NCBI GenBank assembly: GCA_031835245.2 | Contig: JAVKOQ020000074.1 | Span: forward strand, 124,001 to 188,000 | DNA: 64,000 bases | Direction: 5' to 3' | DNA from: Balamuthia mandrillaris | Lineage: Eukaryota | Shown here: positions 11,908 to 23,590 of the stretch, in pieces | Position numbering within the stretch: position 1 is the first letter of the stretch | Layout of the letters: each line of letters begins with the position of its first letter | The notes under the pieces: model-generated | Seen by the model: only the letters and a program-made list of their open reading frames with translations | What the model was told of the DNA's origin: nothing | The model's database searches: none | Position numbers and translations under genes: made by a program

Positions 11908-12495
11908 ATGGCGGTAGGAAAAGAAAGAAGAGTCCGTCCCCCTCTCCAACAAGTGGAGGCCTCCTCGTTCTTTCTTGGAGAAGAGCGAACCTACAAACTC
12001 AAAGAATGTCCCAAAGATACACAAAGTTCTTCTTCTTCATCCACATCAAAATTGATGTCTGAGGGCGGTGGTGGAGCAGGAGGAAGAAAGGGAACGGGAG
12101 GGAGTGAAGAAGGTGGTAGAGGAGGAGGTGGTGGAGGAGGTGGTGGTGGAGGAAGCAGTAACAATGGAGGGGGAAATGATGGAGGAGAAGACAATCACAA
12201 CAACAACAACCATCACCACAACAACAAAGAGGACAAGAAGAAGAGAAAGGAGAAGAAGAAGCAAAAGAAGATAGAAAAGAAGAGTGGCAGCGGCACTGCG
12301 AGCAGAACGGGCGCCAAGGAGCTGGTCAGCCCTCGGTACCTCCAAGAGAGCCCCACCGCGAGTTCTTCCTCCGTGTTCGTCACTCTGCCCTCTGACGTTG
12401 AACTTGGGGTTCGTCTCTTCAATTTTCTGCTCCATGTCTCAACTGTCGTCTCTTCTCTTCTTGAGTTCTCTATTTCTTCTGCCTCTGCCTCTCTC

Positions 12496-12530
<35 letters not shown>

Positions 12531-13466
12531 TTCTCTTCTCGCTTTGCTCATCTCAACAAAAAATAGCAACTACAAGAGCTCTTCAACAGCAAGACCATCA
12601 GCACTGCAGACGTCAACCGGGTGCTCATGGCCGCCAAAACCGCCGTTCAGACCTCTCGCTCCACAACCGATCAACATTCCTCCTCTTCCGCTTCTTCTCC
12701 TTTCAACAGCAGCAAAAAAGTGGCTCCCCTGCGAGTGGCCGTTGATGATGCCGTCGTTGTCACTCGGCCACAACAACCTTACTCTCCTTCCTCTCCTCGA
12801 CCCACTAAAGTCAGCGCTCTCCTCTCTTCCAGTGATCACCACGCTCTCCTTGCCCAAAATAACAGTAGGACGGAAGAACGAAAGGGAGCCTCTTCTCTGA
12901 CTCGAGTCGGAGGCCTCCTCGTAAAGAAGGACTTCAACAACAACATGTTCGCAAAGGAGTTGAAACAAACGAAAGTAGAAGGAGAAGAGGAAGAAAGCAA
13001 CACCAACAAAGAAGACACGGAAGATGGAGAAGAAGCTACGACCAAGAGAGAAGGAGGACGAAAGAAAGGAATGACAGGATGGAGCTGGAAACCCGATCCA
13101 CGAGGAAAAGGTTACATCTTTGTCAAAGATACTTCTCCTGACGAAGATGAAGAGGAAGAAAAAGAGGAAGGAGAAAAAGGAGAAAAGCAAAAAGAAGGAG
13201 ATGAAACAAAAGAAGCAGATGATGACGAAGAAGGACAAAAGAAAAGGGCAGCCACAACAACAAACAGAGACATCACCGTCAACAAGCATGCCTCCATCCA
13301 GGAACAAAGGTTGATGCAGATGAAGAGCGTCATCCTGGAGAACATAGATGAGCTGGATGCCTACCTGGAAGGACAGAGAGGAAGCCTGCACGGAGAGAGC
13401 GTTGATCCGCACCAGCTCGTGGAGATCACAAAGAAGCTCAAGCTGCTCAGGAAACACTTTATGTAA
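11908..13466 (+). CDS. Low-complexity hypothetical protein; intron 12409..12566
   Basis: ORFs 11869..12900 and 12621..13466 are joined in frame by a GT..AG intron with a (CT)n tract. No recognisable domain; start could be 11908 or 12055. Confidence 0.5.
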
Positions 13467-13852
13467 AAGTTTTTAATTTGTTCATCTTGTTTTGGAGGTC
13501 ACCTTCGTTGCACATATATACCTCTCAGTATCATTGTTCGCATTTGCTTGCTTTCTTATTTGTTTATTTTATACATAGAAGAATGGACCATTCCACACCA
13601 ACAAAGCATCTTCTTTTTCTTTTCTTTTCTTTCATTCCCAACATTCTTGTCGACACATAAAAATATTAGGTTGAACCCAGAAAATGGAATCTCCTATTAT
13701 TATGATCGATGTAATCTTGTTTTTTTTTGATTCCCAATTGGTCATTCGAATATTACAATCAAAAAAATAAAAGAAAAAAAAAAGCCACAAAAAAAAAAAA
13801 AAGAAAAAGAAAATCACAAATCCGATTTTTTTTTGTGTAACAGAAAAAAAAA

Positions 13853-16800
13853 ATGGCGTTCAAACGAAGTGCATCCAAGTACAGGCACGTCAAGGGCACC
13901 ACCGCCAAGAAAGAGCTGTGGTACTACGACATCCAGCAAGGCCCCGACACAACGGAGATGTGCCCGCTGGCCGCCTCCGCGGATTACGTAGCGGTCTCCT
14001 GGCGTGCCACGGGGGGAGGCAGCGTGGCCCTCCTCCCCTTGCGCGATGGGGCCGGGAAGCGCAGCGGCGCCACGGCGGTGCCCCCTTTGATCCCCTCCTG
14101 CCACTCCACCCCCGTGAGCGACCTGCAGTTCAGCCCCTTTGCCGAGAACGTCCTGCTGACGGCCGCCGAGGACGGCAGCCTCAAGGAGTGGTCCCTGCCG
14201 CAGGAGCCTTCGCTCTCCCAGGAGGCCCTCTCCGCGGGGGTGCAAGCCAGGGTCACCCTCTCGGGCCACGGCAAGAAGGTCGCCGCAGCGAGGTACAACC
14301 CCACGGCCTTGGGCGTGGTGGCCAGCGCCTCCCTGGACAAGAGCTTGAGGGTGTGGGACGTGGCCCGTGCCACCGCCACCACCGCTCTCACCGCCTTCAA
14401 GGACGGGCTCTACGCGCTGGACTGGAGCTACGACGGTCGCCTCCTGGCAGTTACCTCCAAGGACAAGAAGCTGCACATTGTGGACCCCAGAGACGGCAGT
14501 GCTGCCGTGCAAGAAGGCATCGGGCACGAGGGAGTGAAGCCCTCCTATGTTACCTGGCTGGGAGACTCGCCCTTGTTGCTCACCACCGGCTTCAGCAAGC
14601 TCAGAGAGAGGCAGTACCGGTTGTGGGACAGCCGAAAGGGCCTCTCTACGTCGCTCTCCTCCAACACACTAGACTCTTCAACTGGAGTGTTGGTGCCCAT
14701 CTACGATGAGGACACGCAGCTGCTCTTCCTGGCAGGCAAGGGAGATGGTGTCGTGCGTTGCTTTGAGGTCAACACGGAGGCCACCAACGCTGCTGGTTAC
14801 TTCACAGAGCTGACGCCGGTGGTCAATGACCAGCCCACAAAGGGCATTTGCAGGGTGCCGAAGAGAGCGTTGGACGTTATGGAGTGTGAGGTGGATCGTT
14901 TATTGCGTCTCACCCCCAGTGATATTGTTCCTGTCACCTTTGAAGTTCCCCGCAAGGCACTCTTTCCTTTGTTTTACTCTTCTCTCTTTCAGTTCAGTTG
15001 CTAATACAAACAAAACAACAGAGCCATCGCACATTCGCAGATGATTTGTTCCCTAAAACAGCAAGCACAGAACCCGCTTTGACTGCAGAGGCATGGTTTG
15101 GTGGCGAAACAAGCAAACCCAAGCTCATGAGCTTGGATCCGATGTACAGGCGTTCCGGTTCTTCCTCTTCTTCGTCTTCAGAAGCTTCATCTTCTTCCTC
15201 TGGTGCTGCTGCTTCTTCTTCTGCTTCATCTGCTTCTTCCTCTGCTGGGAGCAGTAGCGCAGCTTCTTCTTATTCTGCTGGTTCTTCTTCTCCAGCCGTG
15301 AACAGAAGCCCCTCTCCCAGAGCTAACGATGGTGAAGAAGAGGAGGAAGAAGGCGGCCAATACGTAAGTTCTTCTCGCATTTCCTCTCTCTTTGTTTTCT
15401 TCCTTCCTATTCATGCTTTTGCTTTCTATAGTACGTTCCAAAGACGATCAACATTGTGCGTTCTTCTAAATTCCGCCATCTGGCAGGACAACCCGAAGAG
15501 AAGAGGTTCTGGCACACGAACCTCAAAGTGCAAAATACGGGAACAGATGCCACCATTATCAGGGCCAATCCTACGTACTTTGCGGTGCCTTGGCTTGGTA
15601 CGGGAGGTCAGGTGGCTGTCATCCCTTTGGACCGTCCCGGCAAGCTTCCCGATAACATCGGAACTATCGAAACGGGTGCTGAGGTGTTGGACTATGACTT
15701 CCATCCTTACAAGGTATTCTCCCTTCTCCCTTCGCTTTGTACTTTGACATTTTTCTAACTTTCCCAAAGGACGACATGTTGGTAACGGCTACAGACGACA
15801 CCAAAGTCAGACTGTGGCAGATCCCCGAGGGACTTATGGACCAGAAGACAAATCACAGAGATGACATTGGTTGCCTGCGCGGCCACACCCGCCGAGTGCA
15901 CAACATCTACTTCCATCCGTTGTGCGCTGAGGTCTTGGCGACGGCCGCAATGGACCTCGACATCAAACTTTGGGATCTCAACACGCAGCAAGCTAAGATC
16001 ACGCTCAGCGGACACCAGGAGCAGATACAGAGCGTTGTATTCAGTTATGAGGGCGACATTATGGCTACTTCCTGCAAAGATAAGTTGGTCAGACTTTGGG
16101 TAGGTTTTCATTGTTCAAACTTTTTCCCACTCGCTTTCGCTCGTTTTTATTTCTTTTTTGTTATCCTTTGTTTGCTGTTCGTTTGTGTCCTTTTTTCTCT
16201 AACGTGTCTCCAAACCTTAAATAGGACCCAAGAAACAACAAGCAGACTGGTCAAACGGAAGGCCATCAAGCGCCCAAGGCCTCCCGCTTGGCCTGGCTGG
16301 GCAACTCCACCCGCCTCTTCTCCTCCGGCTTCAACAAGAACAGCGAGCGCGAGCTCTTTATCTGGGACACGCGCAACTTCTCCACGCCGCTCACGTCCCA
16401 AACCATCGGCGTGGGCTCTGGCCTGTTGGATCCTCTTTACGAGGAAGATTTGGGCGTCATGTTCTTGGTGGCCGTCGGAGACAGTTCCATCAAGTTCTTC
16501 GAGATTGTGGATGAAGCTCCTTATGCTCATTACCTGACACAATATCAGTCGCCCACGCAGCAGGCTGGTCTGGCTCGATTGCCCAAGCAGTGCTGCGATG
16601 TAAGGCGTGTGGAGGTGGCCAAGTTCTTGAAGCTCAGCGGAACCACCGTGGAGAAGTTTGCAATCAAAGTGCCTCGTACAAAGGTTTGTCTATCTCCTCT
16701 CGTTCTCCTGCTCTTTGTTTTCTCCTCTTCTCTTCTTCTAACACCTGAGAACAAAAAGACCGAGTTCTTCCAAGACGACCTCTTCCCACCCACCAGAAAA

Positions 16801-17085
16801 CAAACCTCCTTCCTCTCCTCCGGCGAATGGTTCTCCGGCAAGAACGCCAAACCTCAATACGAGAGCCTCCAACCGGCCGACATGACGCCTCTCTCCGACG
16901 CCCCCAAAGTGGTCCGCAAAGTGAAAAAGTTTAACCCAGACGACATCAAGCCCGATGCCTACGACCTCAAGGACATGGTCGTCAACAAGTTCCACGAGAA
17001 GATGATGGAGTACAAGGAAGGAGCCACGCAGCCCCTCCCCCAGGACCTCAACGAGGGCGTCGATGAGGATGAGTGGTCCGATTAA
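13853..17085 (+). CDS. Tandem (double) coronin, coronin-7/POD-1 type
   Basis: Two coronin units: SKYRHVKG..WD40s..VPRK|S..FADDLFP and SSKFRHL..WD40s..VPRTK|TEFFQDDLFPPT. C-terminal acidic EGVDEDEWSD motif typical of coronin-7. Confidence 0.92.
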
Positions 17086-17196
17086 GTTATAGTTCTCTGT
17101 TTCTTTTTTTTTTGTAACAGTAAAAAAAACCTTTTCATGAAAGAAGTGCTCGCTTTTGTGTAAAGTTTTGTTGTTTGAAAGCAGAAAAAAAATAAC

Positions 17197-19357
17197 TTAG
17201 GAAAGGCCCACGATCTTGCCGGTCTTGGGGTCAATGTCGATATCGTAGAAGCAGGGTCGGGTGGGCAAGCCCGGCATGGTGCTCATCGTGCCGCACAGCG
17301 GGTACACAAAGCCAGCGCCAGCGCTGACCCTCACGTCCCTGATGGGCACGGTGAAGCCGGTGGGAGCGCCCTTCGACTTGGCATCCGCGGAGAAGCTGTA
17401 CTGCGTTTTGGCCATGCAGATGGGGAGCTCGCCAAAGCCTTGCTTGGTGTAGGTCTCCAACTTCTTTTGGGCCAGCTCGCTCAGGGTCACGCCCTCTCCT
17501 CCATAGATCTTCTGCACGATGGCCTCCATCTTTTCCTTCAGGGGCATCTCCAATGGATACAAGAATCTAAAGTTGGAGCCTTCCTCTTTGGACTTCTTGC
17601 AAGCTTCTACGACGGCAGAGGCCAGCTCGGTGATGCCAGCACCTCCCTTGGTGAAATGGTTGCAAGGATAGGCTCCCTCAGCACCGGCTTCCAAGGACTT
17701 GGCGATGACCAGCCCGATCTCAGCATCTGTGTCGGTGCCAAAGCGGTTGACAGCCACCACGACGGGCACCCCAAAGTTGTCTCTCAGGTGCTGGATGTGC
17801 CTTTGAAGGTTGCAGCAGCCCTTCTCCAGGAGCTCCAAGTTCTCTTCCACGTAGGCCTTGTCCAGAGGAGTGCCGGCGGTCACAGCGGGACCACCGCCGT
17901 GCATCTTAAGGGCGCGCACCGTGGCCACCATCACGGCGCAGTTGGGAATGAGTCCACTGTAGCGGCATTTGATGTTCATGAACTTCTCACAACCGATGTC
18001 GGAGCCAAAGCCAGCCTCGGTAACGACAAAGCCATCCTCGCCGACCAGCTTCAACGCGATCTTGTCAGCAACAATGGAGGAGTTTCCGTGAGCAATGTTG
18101 GCAAAGGGACCGGCGTGCACAAACACAGGGGTTTGCTCCAAGGTTTGCATGAGGGTAGGCTTGATGGCGTCCTTCATCAACACCGTCAAGGCGCCGGCAA
18201 CGCCCAAGTCATCCGCCAAAACAGGGTTGCCTGCGCGATCGCTGCCGATGACCATGCGAGCGAGGCGCTCTCTCATGTCCTCCAGGCTGGTGGTCAGAGC
18301 CAAAATGGCCATGATCTCGCTGGCCACGGTGAGGTCAAAGGAGGTCTCTCGTGTCTTGCCCTTCTCCTCCGGTCCTTGCCCAACGGTCACTCCCCTCAGG
18401 AAGCGGTCGTTGGTGTCCAGCACGCGGTTCCAGGTGAGGGTCTCGGGGTCAATATCCAAGCGAGCAAAGCGACCGGCCTCCTCGGCGGTCAGCTCGTCGG
18501 GGTTGGTCTTGTTGATCCCGAGTCGCTGCAGGCGGCGCAGCATGGGCTCGCAAAACTCGCGTTTGCCGGTCTTCACGTCCTTGGGGCAGAGGCGGCGGAA
18601 GAGAGCATCGTTGGATTGAGTGGCCTCATGGAACATACGAGCATCTATTGCTGCCGCTGTTTTTTGTGGTTGGTAAAGTGTTTAGCAAGAGCTCAACAGA
18701 ATGAAGAACGAAGCGACATGAAAGAAAAAAAAAAAAGAAAAAAAAAGAAAAAAAAAGAAAAGAAAAGAAAAGAAAAGAAAAGAAAAGAAAAGAAAAGAAA
18801 AGAAAAGAAAAGAAAAGAAAAGAAAAGAAAAGAAAAAGAAAAAGAAAAAGAAAACAAAACTACAAGATAAAGAAGAGTGAAGAAAGCGTGCGGTTACCCA
18901 AAAGATTGTTAGCAGCGGTGATGGCGTGAATGTCGCCCGTGAGATGCAAGTTGAACTCCTCCATGGGGACCACCTGGGAGTAGCCTCCGCCGGCGGCTCC
19001 TCCCTTGATGCCAAAGGTGGGACCCTGGCTGGGTTGACGGAGGCAGGCAAACGTCTTCTTGTGGAGGTGAGCGCCGAGGCCCTGCGCCAAGCCCACGGTC
19101 GTGGTGGACTTGCCCTCTCCCAAGGGGGTAGGGGTGATGCCGGTGACCACCACGTAGTTGCCGTCCTTCTGGTCCTTCAATCGCTCCAAAACGTCCAGCT
19201 GGACCTTGGCCTTGTGTTTGCCGTAGAGCTCCAATTCCTCCTCCAAGATGCCGACCTCGGCGGCCACCTGGTGGATGGGAAGCAACTCAACCGACTGGGC
19301 GATGTCGATGTCGGAGGGGACCGGGCTTTTGATCTCTAAGCGACGTTTGCCTTCCAT
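17197..19357 (-). CDS. Formate--tetrahydrofolate ligase (monofunctional FTHFS), one intron ~18655..18897
   Basis: [90 protein letters not shown]. Confidence 0.95.
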
Positions 19358-19513
19358 CTTCCCTCCCCCCTGCTGCTTTTATTATTTTTCTTCACCGGTT
19401 ATAAAATGGTTTGTCATTTTTTTCTTTTTCTTTTCTTATTTTTGATCCTAACACCTTAAAATTAAGGAAGTAGTCCAAACAGCTGTACAGAAAGTGGGAT
19501 ATTGGTGCCTCAA

Positions 19514-19585
19514 GGCGCCTTAGCTTAGTGGTAGAGCGTCAGTCTTGTAAACTGAAGGTCACGAGTTCAATCCTCGTAGGCGCCT
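19514..19585 (+). tRNA. tRNA-Thr(TGT)
   Basis: Acceptor stem GGCGCCT/AGGCGCC, discriminator U, D-arm GCTT-AGTGGT-AGAGC, anticodon stem TCAGT/ACTGA with loop CT-TGT-AA, T-arm ACGAG-TTCAATC-CTCGT, T-run terminator at ~19591. Confidence 0.95.
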
Positions 19586-19744
19586 ATTTATTTTTGTCCG
19601 AAAAATTTATTTTCTTTTTTTTTCCCTCCCATTATGGGTGTGCGCCCGTTTAGCTGAATGTAACGCTGCTTCATACATACAGCCTATCGAAGAGGAGGAG
19701 GGAAACAACAGCCGAACGAACAAACGCAACAGCTTCTCACACAC

Positions 19745-22048
19745 ATGGACCACAGCGTGATAAGGGTGGACGGGGTGGGCGTGCGGGTGCCGTTCCGCAG
19801 CGAGGCCCGTTTCAGGGCGCAACAAAGAGAGCAGGCGCTAGCGGAAACGCGCAAACGCAACGAGCGGCGGTTGCTCTCAGCGCTGGAAGCGTTGCTCAAG
19901 CAGAGCCCTGCACCTGGCTACCAACGCCACCAGGCCTCGTGGAGCTGCGATATCTACAGCATCGCCCACGAGGGAGAGGTGGAGGACATCTTGCGTCTCA
20001 TGGCGGAGACCCCTTCAAACATCACGTTGAACCTCGTGTACGACCGCAGCCAAGTCAACCTTGCCTCTTTGATCGCACTGTTTGGTTCTGTTGAGGCCCT
20101 GAAGCTGCTCTTGAGCCGCTTCGCATACTACGGTGAATACCGGCAGATGTTCAACTTTGCCAAGATGAGGGGACATAAGGACTGCCTCAAGGCTGTTGTC
20201 GCTTCGGCCAGGGCCAGGAACTGCGTTTGGAACTTCACCGCGGAGCAACTGCGGGAAGGGAGCGAGGAAGAGGACAGCCCTCAGCCTCGCACAGTCCCTC
20301 GCCTACAAAAAGTTTGCGCTGCCGTCCTTGCCCACGAGTTACACTTTGACATCGCCTCTTCTGCCTCTGCTTCTCCTTCTCAACTATGGCTGGTTCTCGC
20401 CAAGTCAGCCAGCGATGAGGCGCTGGAGCATATCCTTAGTGGCGAGCACCTTCCTCCTCAGCAGCGCAGCGAGGTGCTAATGCACCTCCTCTTCCATGAC
20501 CCCCAGCGTTTGTCCTCGCTGCTCTCCACCGAGGCCAAGGTGGAGTTGCTCATGTCCTGCGATAAGTACTGGCGAGAGCTGGCCGCCTCTCCTCAACTCA
20601 GCCTTCATACCGTTAAACTGTATCCAGGCCAACCAGCCTTTGGAGATGTCTTCTCTGTGTTTGACACGCCCTCTGAGATGTGGAGGATTGAGCCGGAAGA
20701 TGCCTTTGAGCGGCAACACAAGATCTTCCCAGAGTGCCATGCCTCTGTCAAGGCCAAAGCAGCAGCGATGGAGGAAAGCCAGAGGGCCTCAATAATCACT
20801 GACAGAGAGACCTTTCACAAGAGGATGGACGCCTTCTCTCAAGGACAGCTCAAAGGGCTCAACTGGGACAACCTCTTGGCGTTGGGTGGCTCTGTAGTGG
20901 CTTGCTTGCTTCCAACCCCCTTTGATCAGGCGTCTGGAGAGCACAACGACGACCCAACTGCTGAACAGCTCAACCAATACTATACTGAAACTTTCGGAGA
21001 GGGATCCGACATTGACCTCTGCCTCTATGGCATCGACGACGCAGCCCTCATAGCCGACAAGCTGGTCGAGATCCATGCCGCCATCGTGAAAGCCATCCCT
21101 GAGGTTCCTGTCACAACCATCTTCAACGGGGAGAGTGTCTCCTTCCTTCGACACTACCCCTACCGCCCCATTCAAGTCATGGGAGCCTTCCACTCCATCA
21201 CCGAAGTGCTTCACGGGATCGACCTGGACTGCACCGCTGTGGTGTTTGATGGGGAGAACGTGTGGGCCTTGCCTCGCGCTTGGATGGCCTTCAATCGACG
21301 CTGGAACCTGGCTCACGGCATGGCGAGGGATCTCTACGGCGTGAGAGGCTGTCCTCACTACGAGCAGCGCTTGATAAAGTATGCGCACAGAAGAGGATTC
21401 GCGATAGTGGATCGCTCTCTCGTCCGAAACGCGGATGGCTCGACTATCCTGGAACCATCCTCCTCCCAAACGCAGGACCTTGAAGCCTTGTTGCAAGAAC
21501 CAGACTACAGCCGTAAGTTCAACTGGGTGTACTCCTACGGGAATGACAAAGGGGAGCGCTGCTATCCAGGCGTAGGGCTGAAGCTCCTTCTGCTCTGCGA
21601 GCGGTACCCTCGTTTGAGGGAGATGGTGCTCTCGCTCAAACCGCTGGACAGCGTACCGTATGGGGCGGAGTGGCCTGCCGCGAAGGTCATCAAGCACCTC
21701 AAGAAATTTGGTGGCTTGAACAGATGGGACGATATGGCTCTCGAGGAAGAAGGCAACGAGTGGAGGGCAGAGTTTAACCACTTTGATGGATACACGAGAT
21801 ACCATGAGTCCCCGCAATTCGTCCATCACAGTGGAAGAGGGGAGGATGCGGGAGGCGGAGCCAAGGAGGAGGAGGAAGAGGAGGAGGAGCCAGATGACGG
21901 AGGAGAGAGATCGTTGAGGGGCAGCGTGCAGAACTTGCACCTGATGGCTAACCATAGACCCTTCCTTGTGCCGCATTGGTTGGCTGGCATGTTGGATACG
22001 TCCACAGAAGGTGAGGAGGAGGAGGAGGAGGAGGAGGAGGAGCATTGA
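19745..22048 (+). CDS. 767-aa intronless protein with ankyrin-like N-terminal segment and Pol-beta-like nucleotidyltransferase motif region
   Basis: Long clean ORF. Ankyrin-like ALFGSVEALKLLL and AKMRGHKDCLKAVV; LALGGSV..GSDIDLCLYG..IQV..IDLDC..FDG..PRA..YEQRLIKY..RGF. Confidence 0.65.
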   Translation: MDHSVIRVDGVGVRVPFRSEARFRAQQREQALAETRKRNERRLLSALEALLKQSPAPGYQRHQASWSCDIYSIAHEGEVEDILRLMAETPSNITLNLVYDRSQVNLASLIALFGSVEALKLLLSRFAYYGEYRQMFNFAKMRGHKDCLKAVVASARARNCVWNFTAEQLREGSEEEDSPQPRTVPRLQKVCAAVLAHELHFDIASSASASPSQLWLVLAKSASDEALEHILSGEHLPPQQRSEVLMHLLFHDPQRLSSLLSTEAKVELLMSCDKYWRELAASPQLSLHTVKLYPGQPAFGDVFSVFDTPSEMWRIEPEDAFERQHKIFPECHASVKAKAAAMEESQRASIITDRETFHKRMDAFSQGQLKGLNWDNLLALGGSVVACLLPTPFDQASGEHNDDPTAEQLNQYYTETFGEGSDIDLCLYGIDDAALIADKLVEIHAAIVKAIPEVPVTTIFNGESVSFLRHYPYRPIQVMGAFHSITEVLHGIDLDCTAVVFDGENVWALPRAWMAFNRRWNLAHGMARDLYGVRGCPHYEQRLIKYAHRRGFAIVDRSLVRNADGSTILEPSSSQTQDLEALLQEPDYSRKFNWVYSYGNDKGERCYPGVGLKLLLLCERYPRLREMVLSLKPLDSVPYGAEWPAAKVIKHLKKFGGLNRWDDMALEEEGNEWRAEFNHFDGYTRYHESPQFVHHSGRGEDAGGGAKEEEEEEEEPDDGGERSLRGSVQNLHLMANHRPFLVPHWLAGMLDTSTEGEEEEEEEEEEH

Positions 22049-22115
22049 TGCAACGGGAATAAATAAACTGTACAAAACCCAAGCTTCTGATAAACATTTC
22101 GTTGCTCGGTGAGTG

Positions 22116-22160
<45 letters not shown>

Positions 22161-22266
22161 CGTTCATATCCTGCACTGCGTGGCGTGGGCGAGTCTTTTC
22201 GCTGAACCTCCTCCTCCTGAACCTGGTTTTTCCGATAGCAACAAAGCAAGCAAGAGGTCGTTGGCA

Positions 22267-23518
22267 ATGTCGGTTACGCAGCTGCCCTGCGAGGTGCTGC
22301 AGCTGGTGTTGGAGTTGCTGCCGCCCAAACAAGTGGCCGGGGCTTGCGGCCTCGTCTGCCGCTCGTGGAGGGATGCCAGCCAGGACCCTGCCTTTTGGTA
22401 CCGCTGCCATGTTCTTCTTCTTCTTCTTCTTCTTGTTCTTCTTGTTCTTGTTCTTCTTCTCTTCTTCTTCTTCTTGTTCTTCTTCTTCTTGTTCTTCTTG
22501 TTCTTCTTGTTCTTCTTCTTCTTCTTCTTCTTCTTCTTCTTCTTCTTCTTCTTGTTGTCTCTTGTTCTTGTTCTTCTTCTTCTTCTTCTTCTTCTTCTTC
22601 TTCTTCTTGTTCTTCTTGTTCTTCTTCTTCTTCTTCTTCTTCTTGTTCTTCTTGTTCTTCTTCTTGTTCTTCTTGTTCTTCTTCTTCTTCTTCTTCTTCT
22701 TCTTCTTGTTCTTCTTCTTCTTGTTCTTCTTGTTCTTCTTTCTTGTTCTTCTTGTTCTTCTTCTTCTTGTTCTTCTTGTCTTCTTCTTCTTCTTCTTCTT
22801 CTTCTTCTTCTTGTTCTTCTTGTTCTTCTTCTTCTTGTTCTTTTTGTTCTTCCTTCTTCTTGTTCTTCTTCTTGTTCTTCTTCTTCTTCTTGTTTTGTTC
22901 TTGTTCTTCTTCTTCTTGTTCTTCTTGTTCTTCTTCCTTGTTCTTCTTGTTCTTGTTCTTCTTCTTCTTGTTCTTCTTCTTCTTCTTCTTGTTCTTCTTG
23001 TTTCTTCTTCTTGTTCTTCTTGTTCTTCTTCTTCTTGTTCTTCTTTGTTGTTCTTTCTTCTTCTTTGTTCTTTCGTTCTTCTTGTTCTTTCTGTTCTTCT
23101 TCTTCTTGTTCTTCTTGTTCTTCTTCTTGTTCTTCTTTCTTCTTCTTCTTCTTCTTCTTCTTCTTCTTCTTCTTCTTCTTCTTCTCGTCAATCCGCTAAT
23201 AGTGCTCGTCATTCAGAGGCACCATTGTTAGTCTTGGAAGGAGGTCAAGACAACCGTGTGACTCTCCCTCAGCCGCTCAACCTCAACCTCCTCAAAGGTA
23301 GCACCACAGCTCTCTACATCCACACCAGCAGCGCTACTGGCATTAGCTACACCCAAGCAAAGAGCGACTGCCAAGTGGGGGATGTGGTTCTTGCTGGCCC
23401 GCATCTTTCCTTGACTGCAGGCTTCTACTTTGCCAGCCCTGAAGCGTTCAAGTATGCAAATGAGGATCAAGTCCGCGAGTTTGCTGGAAGAATCGAATAC
23501 TTTGTTGCTGGGTGTTGA
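22267..23518 (+). CDS. F-box domain protein; ~805-nt repeat-filled intron 22398..23202
   Basis: MSVTQLPCEVLQLVLELLPPKQV..CGLVCRSWR (F-box). A GT..CTAATAG intron joins in frame to ARHSEAPLLV..FAGRIEYF. Confidence 0.7.
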
Positions 23519-23590
23519 AGAAGGCAAAGTTGAAGGAAACAGTCGAAGAATAAACAGCAAAAGTATGACCAAATGGTTTCATCATGCATG

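Noticed and set aside
17440..18870. Long antisense ORFs over FTHFS, saposin, the FAD oxidoreductase and the NTase-like gene
   Set aside because: Shadows of GC3-biased coding on the opposite strand; no domain motifs.
22102..23231. Long poly-L/F/S/E ORFs in several frames (also 3739-4471, 44204-44766, 60178-61135)
   Set aside because: Artefacts of stop-free simple repeats.
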